Part shown: positions 40,201 to 53,273 of the stretch, one piece after another | Numbering within the stretch: position 1 is the first letter of the stretch | Layout: every line of letters starts with the position of its first letter | Source: Camelus dromedarius | Taxonomy: Eukaryota | DNA length: 64,000 nucleotides | Assembly (NCBI RefSeq): GCF_036321535.1 | Contig: NC_087437.1 | Location: 96,226,001 to 96,290,000, forward strand | Direction: 5' to 3' | The notes under the pieces: model-generated | The model's input: the letters and a program-made list of their open reading frames with translations, nothing else | Databases searched by the model: none | Told to the model about the DNA's origin: nothing | Program-made: the position numbers and the translations under genes

Positions 40201-42376
40201 TTTTATGTAAAAGGTCTTTACTGGCTTTAGCAGTCCAATTTAATCCTCTAATAATATTAAGTATTTCTATATTGCATTAAATGTAATAGTTGACTCAAAA
40301 GTAACTAAGTTGGATATGCTTATAGATCATTTTAAACTTTATTATATTTCAGGTTATTAAAATAGATTTGCACTTAAATATAGTTAAGTACAGGAAAGCA
40401 TGGTACTATAGGAAATTATTCTGAAATTCAACATGCAAATTTTGTGGAACTTTTAAATTCTACAAGTTATAAATGAAGAAAAAATTTAAATTTAAACAAA
40501 TTTTGAATAATAAATCACATTTTCACATATTCTTCTGTCCTTTACCTATTGTAGCTTGGCTTTTCTACCTCTTTTTTTGACTAAAATACTAAAATAAAAT
40601 AATAAAATTTTGTTTTCTTTAAAGGACTGTTAATTTTCAAAGAAAACACTATTAACTTAAAAACAAATGAGACAATATTTATTATTCTTAAAAAAATCTC
40701 ATTTTCACAAGTAGAAGAAAAGTAGTTCAAGAAGTGGTGAAAAATGTCCTCTCCAGATCCTAACTGGGAAAATTAGACTTCTCATATTGTAAGTAGAAGA
40801 GGTTGTAAGTGTGGAGGTGACGAAAGAAAACTAGAGCTTAAAAATGGCTCTTCATGTAAATGGTGAGACAAGACATCCATTTTCACTCACTTAACCTGTC
40901 AACTTGCCAGAACTGTCATGTCAGCACTCTAGCTAAACCACGAAGGCTGATCACATCCCATTATCTCATTTTTTAGAAAAAGATTGCATGAAGATGCCAA
41001 TCAGAAAAAAAAGGCAGGGGGGACTTGCAACCAAGGAACAAATGTACTGTTGCTGAAGGGCTGCTTAGTTAACGGAATTTTAATATGCAACTGCAGTGTT
41101 TCTTAATAACATTAATTACACGCTTAGTAAGGCACCATCCTAACTCATTAGTGCCTTCTTTTTGTTGTATTTTATCTCCTACTAGCAGAATGGGGTCTAT
41201 GTGATTGGCCTGTTACCATGAATGTTGCTTAATCTTTTTATAGCACTATATAAAGCTGCTTGCATAAACATTTTCTCAGCAAGTATTACCTGTGTATGCA
41301 TATGTGTGTATCAATTAACTGCACCAACATTTGGCGTGCCCCTACCACATGTAAGTGTTATGCTAGACCTAAAGGCAGCAGAAAGATAAATACAACAATG
41401 TATTTACTGACAAAGAGCTAACTGTTTTGTAAGGCAGATGAAAATAATATCCTCAATAAATCTGGAAGCAATGTTTGCCATGAGAGATTTAAAAAGGCAT
41501 TCAGACATATTTTAACTCAAAATTTAATTTAATTTGGTAGCTTATACATTTTTAATGAATCTGATTATGTACTATTCCCTTGAGTGACATTTAATATGCT
41601 TAATGTTTAAATAACTAGCGCAGTAATTCAAATGTCATGCATATAATATTTAGGTGTAATGCATATCATAATGTATATTTTACAGTATATATTATACATA
41701 TCATGATATTTCTTTCTGTCTACAAATTACAATAATTCATAAAAGTAAAAATTTTGACTTTCTTGGAAGGTATGACTAAAATGTTCATGCTATGTCTTTC
41801 CAGCAATAGCCAGTGAAATCTCTTAATATTAATCTCATGATACTGTTTCTGGCCCAAATATTTACATTATTGTGATATTTGATACTTACAGTACTTTACT
41901 TTTAACTACTAAGTTAACATATTTAGTGTTTATTTTATTTTCGTTTAGGTAAACTCCAAAATTAATGCATATGTAAGAGGTTTTTTTTTGGGGGGGGGCT
42001 AATATAATGGAATAAAGGCTCATTGCTCCACTTTCCTCTATTGAACTCAACAAAAGAAATGAATAATATGGAAAAACTACCATAGCCCAAACCACAAATT
42101 ATGAAGCACCCCTGCCAGATATAGTCAAATCTGGAGGAAAATGAGGATGCATGGTGGTACCCAACTAGCCTCAATCCACAATCCTCTATCAATACTAACT
42201 TCACAAAAATTATCTGTCAACATTGTGAGAGCCCTTCCATGATCTTTTGCTGGGACGAAGGAGATCTAGAGTCAAGAAAGAGACTTGGGAAATATGAGAC
42301 ACAACTTTGTAGATAACCAGCTAAAATTCACAATTCAGGAGAGAAGGTACTGAAGGAAAGAAAATTTCAAGCCTAC

Positions 42377-42990
42377 TCGGGATGACAGAATTTTAAGGTG
42401 GCCCCATGCCCTTCACTTCCTGTAGTTACTCTCATGATTATGTTAGTTATGTGACAAAAGAGATTTTGTAGATGTAATTAAGGTTACTAATCAGTTGACC
42501 TTAAGACAGGGAGAGTATCAGGTGAGGCCAACCTAATCATTTAAGATCTTTCAAACAGAGAATTTTCTCCCTCTTGATAGCAGAATAGGAAGTCAGAGAG
42601 ACACAGAGGAAAGCACTTGAAGGATTCAAGGCATCACTGGTGATTTTGAAGGCTGTGGCAGCCATGTGCAACGGCTGGCAAGTGAACTGTGAGCAACCCC
42701 TGGCTGACAGCCAGCAAGGAAATGGGGACTTCAATCCTACAACCACAAAGAAATTAATTTTGCCAACAACTTGGATGAATTTTGAAGCAGATTCTTTTGG
42801 AGAGTCTCCAGAGAAGTGCTCAGCCTGATCAACATCTTGATTTGGCCTGTGAGGTGCTAAATCTGTGAGCAGAGGACTCAATTGAGCCTGTTTGGATTTT
42901 TGATCTACAGAACTGTGGCCTAATAAATGGGTGCTGTTTAAGTTGTTCAACTTGTGGTAATTTGTTATGCAACAGTAGAAAACTAGTACA
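42377..42990 (+). mobile_element. Solo MaLR LTR (MLT1D/E-like)
   Basis: cagaattttaaggtggcccc start, agattttgtagatgtaattaaggttactaatcagttgaccttaag, gctgacagccagcaaggaaatggggacttcaatcctacaaccacaaagaa, ending tgtggtaatttgttatgcaacagtagaaaactagtaca. Flanks cctac/cctaa form a near-perfect TSD. It explains ORFs 42537..43050. Confidence 0.92.
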
Positions 42991-43559
42991 CCTAAAACCC
43001 ATCTTCATTATGAAGCAAGAAGTAATGAAAGAAGATGAAGAGGTTTTCACAGTTTGTAATATAAAGTGGCTTGCTTTGTGTTACTAGAATCACTGGAGTA
43101 CTGAGAAGAAAACAGCATTTTTTTGGATAAAATATTCAAGACAAGAGTCTAAATAAAGGTTACTGAATATCCTGATACTTTTCATTTTCTCTTCTCCAAA
43201 CAGGCAAGCCCTAGTTTTCAGCAGTTAACTATGGTTAATAATCATACAGGGACTAAACAGGATCTACACAAAACAAAATAAAACAAACTGTATATTAACT
43301 AATTATCTATTTAATTAATAACATAATTAAATAAGTAAAGAACATAATCAATTAATTAAAGGGAGATAAAGCATTTATGTCTTTCCAGAATAACTGAGGG
43401 GCTACAGAAATACTTTAGAATAAATAGTTGTCCATAGTCTAAATAAAACTATATACAAGACCTCTCTTTAAAAAAGAAACAAACAAAAATGCAAAAAGAG
43501 GTAAAGGGGCTAAAAACAAGTGGAGAAGAAGAATGCTTTATTTGTTTATCAAGGAAATG

Positions 43560-44135
43560 AACAAGAAATTAAGCTAAATTAAAAAATACAGTTTAGAAAC
43601 AAGAAGAGGTAACTGCAATTGAAAAAGTTAGGAAGGTGATAAATAGGCATTAAGAAATCATACAATATGAACAAATGATGATTTCAAAGTTGTTATAGAG
43701 AAGAATTCTATAATGAATATGGAATTGAGTCAAAAGAAAGCCAATATAACTGATATATTTGAAGAAAATAAGTAAGTCAGAAAAAATATTTAGAGATAAA
43801 ACAGAAGAAATCATTTTTGAAATAGAGTAAATTAAAGCATGAACCTGCAGATTCAAGGGGCTTGTTTTGCTCTAGGAATATTAGACACAGGGTGATCAGG
43901 CCCAAGGTATAACCCAGCAAATTTATGGAAGAAGGGACTACACTGGGAAGAGCATCCTAGCTGAGGATGAAATGGCTCTGTAAGTCTCAGACTTCACCAT
44001 AGTACCACTCAATACCAAGAAAATAAAACATTTTCACCAAAGTCTGAGAAGAAGAAAGTATGACAATAATTTTATACCTACCCTTCAAATTAGAGGCAAT
44101 GTACAGACATTGCGAAATATACAAGGCCCTTCCAA
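43560..44135 (+). mobile_element. Ancient L1/HAL1 ORF1-region remnant
   Basis: A-rich, with catgaacctgcagattcaagggg, tctcagacttcaccatagtaccactcaataccaagaaaa and aattttatacc resembling the L1 ORF1 3' part. Confidence 0.55.
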
Positions 44136-47100
44136 AAGAATCAAGTCAGTGACCGAAACCAGCCAAGCATGATAAGTAACTAGTACTTGTTTTTCACTTT
44201 AAAAATTAGCATTAGCATAAGATATTTTAAACATTTCACATTATGGAAACTCTGATAGAATATACAAGACAAAATAGAATGTATTTTTTAACCTACTACT
44301 TAATCAAAACATATGGGGCAATGAAAAACGTGATACTTAATAAAAATTAAATGGGACTCCGCATAAAGTAGCTAATTAGTGCCAGGTGCAGGAAACTAAG
44401 GGCTCCTAGGAGGGAGATGATCACCTTGGGTCATGGGGGTAACAGCTTGCCCAAAGAAGAAAGGCTGCAGAGACTAAAAGTATAGGTTTCTTTCCAAGAT
44501 ACATCTAGGACTCCTTTTGCAGAAAAGTGGGTCTCAACATAAAAGGATTCATATATAATATCTACATATTTTCTGATTTAAAAAAACTGGAATATTTCCA
44601 ATATTAGGTTAAATTATATCCAGCACATTAAATTTTCCAGATTTCAAGGTGGGGTGGAAGTGGGGGGTGTTGAAAATACCAGTTGCATTATTTTAATGTT
44701 ACATCTGATTTATAATTTTCCCTGAATGAATTTTTTCAATCACTCACTTTTTATTGGACTTTTTTGGTGGCCCCAGTAAAATGCTTCAGAGTATGTTATA
44801 ACAAAACTCCCCTTCAACTCAAAACAGAAGTTTCTAAAATGAGGATATATTACTTTTTGTGTTTAAACAGTGAAGAGATTGAAAAAATGTCCCTATAGAT
44901 TTCTGTATAGAATAGTGGCTGCTTCTCTAAAATAATAATGATAATATTAATAATAATAATAATAGATGGGAATTTTGCCAAAACCATATATATTTCTCAA
45001 TACTTACACACTCTTGTGTGGCCAATTATATTCTATCAAAAGAAACATACTTTTGAGTCACTAAATAATTCGAAGTTGCCATAAAGACGTATATCGTCAA
45101 TTTTGTTTTTGACATTTTAAACAAGTTTCACCTGACATACTCAGCTCTCAGTTTCCACACTGGAGGCAATCAGCATCTAGCATATGGTATACACGACACA
45201 AAACGGAGCAGGGCTCAGCTTCACAGGCAAGGCGGCTGGCAGTTTTGACAGTTCTCTTCCAAATTACTCATCATGTTTTGAATTGCTGCTAGGAAAAAAA
45301 TGTGTTGCCCATCTCCAAAATAGATGTTCTTTTTTATTTTTAAGCTTGGAAAAGACTTCCAATAGAAAGTAAGACAGATGGGTATAGGAAGCAAGATATT
45401 TACCCCTATTTAGACTCTTTTCTTCTGTCAGTTCCCTCATCAGAAGAGTTTTCCAAATAAACAAATGAATAGTTCAGCATTCAGACTTAACTATGTCCTA
45501 GGGTGTACTTTTGCTTCTCATATTAAAAGTGCTTTTGGAACAGCAAAAAGTCAAAACCACAGGAAGGGCTGGTGGATTTTTAATGATCAAAGTGACATTT
45601 GTCTAGATTTTGTGGTAAAAAGCACCTAAGGAAGTTAGATTCAAGGGCTTTTTTTGAGATGTTGATGACATTGCACATAAGGGAGTGAAATCTGGAGAAT
45701 ACTTTCCTCCATTGGCAAGTTTCTGACTGTTTGCTTTCAGTAAAACTTCCCACACTGAGGATCGTCAAAATCAAGAGTTTTTCTTATACTCTCAAAAGTA
45801 CAGGCTGGAAGGTGTTCATTCCAACTGTAAATTGCATAGAGTTTCAATTCTTATATCAAATTCAGTTTATAAGAGTCAGACAGCTTGGGAGATTATAATG
45901 ATTTCTAAATGGGCTTTCCACACACTATGCAGTTTGTGGTATGCATGGTATTTAATGGTGTGTAATGTAGTGATTGGTTTCCGAAACTGTTAAGTATTCC
46001 AGAATCTGCATATAGTTCTCATTTTCTTTTAAAAGCTTCAGACAGGAACCAACCCCTGAATTTTCTCTAAATTTTATATATTTTGTATATATTTTTTCAC
46101 CTAACTTATACTAGAACTAAAAGATGGACTTTCTCCCTTTCTGTGGTTTCTACGTTGTAGAATACCCTTTATGCTATTGCTAAGAGCTTTAAAGTTGAAA
46201 CATTTTAATATTAATATAAATGTAGTTTTCTGTTATATGAATATTAAATTCATAATTTAATTGATTTGTATCTTCTGACCTTACAATAACAATTAGCATT
46301 TATATGATTTCTGAATTAAATTGATGTAAAAAGTTAATGCAAAGAAAAGCAGGCTAATACCATTATTAGTCTCTTCTTTGGTGATCCAGTAAAATCATAT
46401 CCAACATTCAGTTTCCCAAATTAATAGTAGTTGTCAAGTTTCAAGTATAGTTCTTCATACTTCTGAACACTGTCATAAGTCATTCAAGATAGATTTATGA
46501 AATGACAGACTTTCCCAGAATAAAGTATAGTGTGTCAAGAATCTATTCTTTAGTTCCAGTCCAATGGGAATTTAAGAAATCATTTTAAACAAGAATAAAA
46601 AAAGAAGTAACTTTGAAGTGCCTTGTAGGTGACAAATACATCTCAGTACTCTGTGTACATCATACCTTCTATTCAATGTATTTTTATTCATGACTTTTAA
46701 TATATTGGAAATTATTAATATATTGTTCTATGTTCCAGGAACTTGTGAAATAATATAAATCAAGTGGTCATGGTTTATCGACATAAAGTTTCTGTATATA
46801 AAGATCTATAATTTAAATGTGATTTTCCTGTTAATTTGAAGTTATTACCTTATTCTTTCCCACTCATGTCTTAATTTTAGATGTCATATAATTGATATGT
46901 AAAGTTATCATTAATATGAATTCTTACAAATACAAAAAATGAAGATTAAAAATGATAATATATTTCTTAATTTTTTAACAGCATCAATTTTAAAACGCAC
47001 AATTTAACAATTGTGTTTCAAGAAAAAATGTTTGTAGTTTATGTTCAAATCGATTGTAAGCCACAGTATATTTTGAAAATATTGAAATGTGAAGTAATGT

Positions 47101-48398
47101 ATGTCTCAGAAACTAGGAATATGTTAACCAACGTTGGCATACAAAATGTTTTCACACGTGTGATCAATCTTGAACTTAATTCATTCCACAGCAGTTTTGA
47201 CAAGTCAGGGTTTTTCTCTCCATTTTATTGAGGAAGTGGCTGAGGATTAGGGATCTTGAATAAATTACAAAGGAAATACTGCTCAGAAATGGCAGAACAG
47301 AAATTCAGATTGGGAAACCAAAGTTCTATTTACTATATTTGCTCTCATATAAGAAAATATTACATAACAATAATGCTTGTGAATGTTTCAACCAATGGGG
47401 GGAAATGTTATATGAGTTTGGATTAATATATATCAAATGCCAACAATGTCAAGCCAGTATATTAAGAAAGCTTTTGAAGTTAGATGGACCATTTATAAAG
47501 CTATGTCAAACTGAAAACTTGTTAAAACATCTCTTAGTGTATTAAAAAAGCTATGTACTAAATTCATTTATTCATCCACCCATCCATCCATTTATGCATA
47601 CATACATCTATTCATTTTCTTCTAACACAATTATCAAGATTTCTTTGATTTAAACACATTTCTTGGCAGTTGAAGCTAAACTTTAAAATAAATGCAGAAA
47701 GGTTATTAACCAATAAATTTGAGAAGATTGTGTATTTGTTTAAAATAATTACCACTTAAATTACTGCAAGTTCAAGCTGTTAACTTCAATTTTGCAAAGC
47801 CAAATGAAGAATGAGATATATTCAAATCACAAACTTTTCATGCCAAAGAACACAGCTCATCCCTCCATTTTCCTCTTAGCATAAGCATCAATGTAACAGT
47901 AACTTGAAGCATTCTACTAAATTTTGCTGAAGTAGGCATGCAGATAAGTGTACAGCAGTAAAAAAAAATATACCCTTACAAAGCAAGAACTCCAAGCAGC
48001 TTAAAATAAAAGTGCATAAAGTAATGGAACTTCTAATTTAATTCATAGTGCTTTACCTTAACAAATATCAAACGTAACTCACAATTGACTATTTTATATG
48101 CACAGGAAAAAAAGGAAGTATTACATTTTTTCTCCTTAAGTAAAGTTAGCAGTTTATAACATCAATCATTCATATATTCTTTTACTTGAAAACGGTTACC
48201 TATTAATTGCTAGGTAGCAAAAAGTTATGGTTTTTCAAAGTGATGAAAAAATCAGGAGCAACTTTTATAGCAGACAGTCCCTCAGGTAATATTTTAACAT
48301 GGGTGAACAAATGTATTCCATTCCATTATATCCTACTCTGCATGAGCTATGAAGCACTATACAAAGCCATGCGAAATGGATAGAGGATGGCTACTTAC

Positions 48399-48410
48399 CA
48401 ACAGGGCGAG
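48399..48410 (-). CDS. ROBO2: ROBO2 12-nt alternative microexon (exon 6b): CTCGCCCTGTTG, giving TVR-ARPVA-PPQF instead of TVR-A-PPQF
   Basis: gtctacag|CTCGCCCTGTTG|gtaagtag: consensus donor, phase 1/1, length divisible by 3, long U-rich tract upstream. Matches the known ROBO2 Ig3-Ig4 linker microexon. Confidence 0.93.
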
Positions 48411-51400
48411 CTGTAGACATTACAATGGTGTAGTGAGAACATAAAAAAGAAATTAAAAAAAAAAAGAAAAGAAAATTATCAGAATGCATGATGTGTAATG
48501 TTACATTTAAGTATGGACAGTAGGGTGATTTCTAGTCTCATTACTCAAATATGAACAGGACGTCTTAGCTTGATAAAAACTGAAAATTATAAATAGAATT
48601 CTAAGAAAATAAATATTTTGCATGTCATGATTAACTCTAAGTAATTTGAGAGACAGTTTACATGAGGTCTTATTGTCATCATCACTTACTATAGTTACTA
48701 TTTCAAAGATCTCCTTAGAGCTAAACAGCTTTGTTTATCCCAAAGTTAGGAACCTGATGAATATAACTATTCAAGTCACAGACTAGCAAATGTCATGTCA
48801 ATAAAAGAAGGCTTCAGTGTCTGATTTAAATAGCAATTGGATTTTAAGCATGGTTAGTCAGAACCATTACAAGGACTACTGAAAAGCCCCTGATGCTGCT
48901 TTTCAGCCAGTAATAAGTTAAGATCACATCACTTTTCATCCGTGGACAGGGTGGATGAAAATATAACAAATAGGTTGGAACATCCTTAGAGATTTCAACT
49001 GAGTAGCCCCCTAACTACTGTTAAGCTCTTTTCTTTTCTTGGCAGAGGGCAGGAAACAATGACTGACAAATTGATTCTTGCTCACGAGAATGGCTTTCAA
49101 ACTGCTACTTCAACAAATTACTATTTTTTTATTATACTGTAACTTTCAATCACTAAAATCAGTAGTAATAGGCTGCCCTGTTATTAATACATAGAAATTG
49201 TAAGAGACAGACATTGGCCTAATAATACTTTCTTTAAAAAGAATAATGCTAAGTCAATTTAGATAGTAAACCACTTTTTATAAAAGTAATGGACAAGTAT
49301 AAAACATATGGTCCCAATGTTCAAATGAAGAAGGAACGGATTCAGTAGTGTTTGAACTTTTATGAAATCTTACATTTCAAAATAAAAATTTACTCTACAG
49401 ACAAGTGTTTCACCCATATCCCAGTGGATAAAGCTCTAGTGCACACAATATGACTCTTGAACTTACGAGTGGTTTTGTCTTGATGATGTGTTGCTGGGTG
49501 TGGTTATACAGCCATTGAAATCATATTTATAGGCATTCATTCACTCAACAGACATCATAATACTAGCTTTGTGCAACCTCTGAAATAACACTGAAGTTTC
49601 TTCTACATGAGATTCATGGTCTTATAGTATTATTCACAATTAAAAGGGAGGAATTAAAACCCTTCAGAGAAGAATAAAAGCAATTATAGCAACAGAATGA
49701 AGATTCTAGCTTGGTGAAACTCTGGTGTGTCCTACAATCTACAGTGGGTTTACTAATAGCAAGAGGGAAAATGTAAGCTGAACAATGCATAATTGCTTTC
49801 TTTTTTGGAGGGGGGAGGGTCCAGGCACACAAAAATAACAACTAAGAACAAAACAAATACTAACATAATAATGGTGTGCCTTATTCTAACTTATTCTAAC
49901 TGATGAGATTTCTCTTCATTTTGCCAGTGTTTAGTAGAAAAAAAATTTGTCTTTCATTTCTGAATTTGCATTTTTCAAGTGCTACCTCAAGCTGAACCTC
50001 AAACATGTTTCTCTTAGAAACAAAAATACATTTTGAGTCTATGAGTCTATGACTGTAAAGAGATAAAAGAAAAAACATGGTGAGAAATCATGTTTTGAAG
50101 AAATAAAATACGTTTCTGTTTCACTTAGTCTAGGGTAATTCCAAGAAAAATTAGGTTTTATTTCTCTGGAAACAAGATTGTTTTTCCAAAGAAGTCTTGA
50201 TTTATGCAAAACCAATTTAAGCAACTGAAAAATGGGAAAAATTGTGTTTACAAATATGCAATCTGTATTCACTCATTTTGAGTCATTTTTTAAAAGTCCT
50301 ATTAAATCATGAATTATTTGATTAGAATATAAATGCTAAGAGGCTTGTTGTTGTCTAACATTGTTTCTTTCTAATTTTCTGTTTGTCAAGTCAGCAAAAG
50401 GAGCTACTTGCTGTTAAGTTTAATTTTATAGTCTATATTCACCATATTTTTGAAGTGGAAAACAACTGAGTAAGTCTGTTTCAGATTTTAACTATAAAAC
50501 TCCCTTTTCTTTTCCCCAATTCACTAAAGTGAATAGCATGATACAATTTTAGCCGAAATACCACAATAAAACTTCTTGCCTTTGTTACATAGCAACATTT
50601 CATGTTGGAAAAAACCAGCAGGTGGATGTTTTCAAAATCAGCAAATTAAACTAAACTGTGTCCCTGCATTAAATGGATGAAAATGGATGTGGCCTCTTGG
50701 GTCAGTTGACCCCGTTCTAATAAAACAATCCAGAGAAGGGCTGAACATTTCATTTATGTGCACAGAAAAATGAGCATAGAAAAAAATAAGCCATAGATAA
50801 TATGTTTTTTCTCCTGTTAATCTCATAGCATGAGAAATCCCAACCGCTTTTCCTGATGATAAAAAATATTCTTAAACAATATTTCACTCACATTCTATTA
50901 TATTGTGGAGATTTTTTTTCTTTAACCCTGTTTTGGAGGTTTCAGTCTTAGATGAAATACATAACGCAAAGATTAAACTCTCTAATCCATCTACAGGACA
51001 CAGATTAGGGGCGAGACCACTTAAGGTTTTCTGATTTAAGAGGAAATCCCATTAAAAACAAACAACTCTTTCTATTAGTTTTGTAAATTAGCTTCAAACA
51101 TCCATCCAGGAGGAGCATGCTTTGTTAAATAAAATGGTAAACCTGAAACTTTCAACAAATTATGAAAACAATTAGCTGGGAAAGACCTTAAATCAAACAG
51201 ACCACTTCAAATCTCATTCACCCAAGCATTCAAGTATAAAAGGAGCCCCGCCACTTCTACAAACAAACAGCTACTCACATTTCCTCACCATTTGTTTAGT
51301 CAGCAAATATTTTTTGAATGGGACATTTCTTGGTTAGTTGTTTATTTTTTTTCCTACTCACTTCAGCAAAAACAAACAAACAAACTTTAGGGGAAATGTG

Positions 51401-52989
51401 GCCAAGTGAATTGTTTCTGCAAAAGGTTGACTAAATTGAAGCAAACAAATAGATATAAATATATAATCACCTCCCAGAGAATGTAGGTTAAATATAGTAA
51501 AGAGGCTTATAAACGCTATTAGATTTTGATCATATATGATACATATATGTACACATATTTATATATATATATATAAAATTGCAATATGATTCCTCCTTTA
51601 ATGAGGAATGAAAATGTTTTTAAGCAACTGGCTTGCCAATTTTGCCTAAATTTAATTTGCCTAAATCTAAGTTCACACTGGCATGTCTGGTTGGGGAAAA
51701 AAAAAAAAAGATGAATTAGGTGGAATGGGAATGGAGTGACTGACAAGTTTGGAAATTACCAATATTTTTCTAGGTATCCAGAGTAAAGGTCTCCTAATAG
51801 TTCCCTGGAGGAAGATGAAGTTTTTTTTGTTTTGTTTTGTTAATGATTTGATGCCCAAATCATACATCTGGCAAAAAACCATTTTTCTTACCAGATGGAG
51901 GACCAGTCTGAGAATCCCTGACACATTTCTTGCCAATCCAGATTCCTCCAAGCCTTTCTCCTAATCTTATGAAAACTTCTGTGAGCGAAGCTGCACAGGG
52001 CTAAAGGTCTGACTAAACAGGGTGAGACATAACTGAGACATGGAAAAAAACATGCAGCCAGCTTCCTTATCATGCGGGAGGGGCAGGGGCATCAGTCAGG
52101 CTAGTGGGGGAAAGACTGAAAGACTCCTGGATAACGGATGCACTGGCCTATCTCTGTTTCAAGTCCTGTGAGCGTAAACAATGCCGTGGGTAATGTCTGC
52201 TTGGCAGGACTAGTGTGGCTGTGCATGTGGCACTACTCGCTACCCCGGGCTGTATCACTTACTCCTGTGCATCAGCACGCACCACCAGGAAGACGGTTAA
52301 TTCATTCTTACTCACTGTAGGGTTAAGTAATGCTTTCTTTCACTTATAAGCAATTGCAAGGAGTCTATAAATGAAAATTATTCCATGACTGAGAAAGTGC
52401 ATGACACCCAGAAAGTGAACGTTATTACAGGAGCGGCACTGACTCTTTCAATTATTTAAGGCCAGTGAACTTCACAAATCAGTCTCTAAATCAGATTTTC
52501 TCAATGTGGGAGCTTCTTTGTGTCCATTTTTCACCTTTGGAAGCAGTGTTATTTTTTTTGCTTATTTTTTTTTTCAGATTGCTGTTTGCTGAAATAAGAA
52601 AGAATTTCAAAAAATAGTCTACTAGTATAAAGTGACAATATAGTAAACAGAAAACAGTATTTTTGAAACTAGTGACATTTAAAAATGGTAAATAGCTTGA
52701 AGTAATGGAAACATAAAGGACTATTGTAAATCTTTTCTATTTTAAGATTTACTTTGAAACTGTATTAGCTATTATTTATTAAGTAAAAATTATTTCAAAT
52801 GATCATCCCTTCAAATCTAAATTTTAAAGTAATTTTACTTCAACCAATATTAGAGAGGTTACAAAATCTAGGCATTTTAATATAATAATAAAACAGTATA
52901 AGCTAATATTTTGATTGTGAGTTCACTTATCAATTTACCCAAATATTAATCTGCTGGTTCAATTATATTTCACATCTTAAGTCTCTTAC

Positions 52990-53117
52990 CTCGGACTGTG
53001 AGGGTAGCAGAAGCTTCCACTTTTCCGACCCGATTCTCAGCAATACACATATACGTGCCTTCATCTGTACTCATGGCCTTTTTGATTCTTAGCGTGTAAT
53101 CATCTTTGATGTCATAC
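52990..53117 (-). CDS. ROBO2: ROBO2 exon ~6 (128 nt), C-terminal part of Ig3: (R)[42 protein letters not shown]
   Basis: Acceptor ttctgcacag|GTATGAC, donor CCGAG|gtaaga. Ig motif D-x-G-x-Y-x-C present. Overlaps ORF 52970..53173. Confidence 0.97.
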
Positions 53118-53217
53118 CTGTGCAGAATATGAATTGGCTTTATTAAATAACATTGGTTATATTTAGATAACACTAAATATTCAGCTTCGTTTTTCTCTTT
53201 TTATATTATATACACAG

Positions 53218-53218
<1 letters not shown>

Positions 53219-53270
<52 letters not shown>
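53219..53270. repeat. (CA)26 microsatellite; (UG)26 in the ROBO2 pre-mRNA
   Basis: Perfect dinucleotide run read directly from the sequence. Confidence 0.97.

Positions 53271-53273
<3 letters not shown>

Noticed and set aside
42537..42950. Longest ORF (137 aa)
   Set aside because: It lies wholly within the MLT1 LTR, antisense, and is a chance open frame.
47563..47617. Dense YCAY run (ttcatccacccatccatccattt) ~800 nt from the microexon as a NOVA site
   Set aside because: It is on the plus strand, so the ROBO2 pre-mRNA reads (UGGA)n. It looks like a simple repeat or L2 tail.
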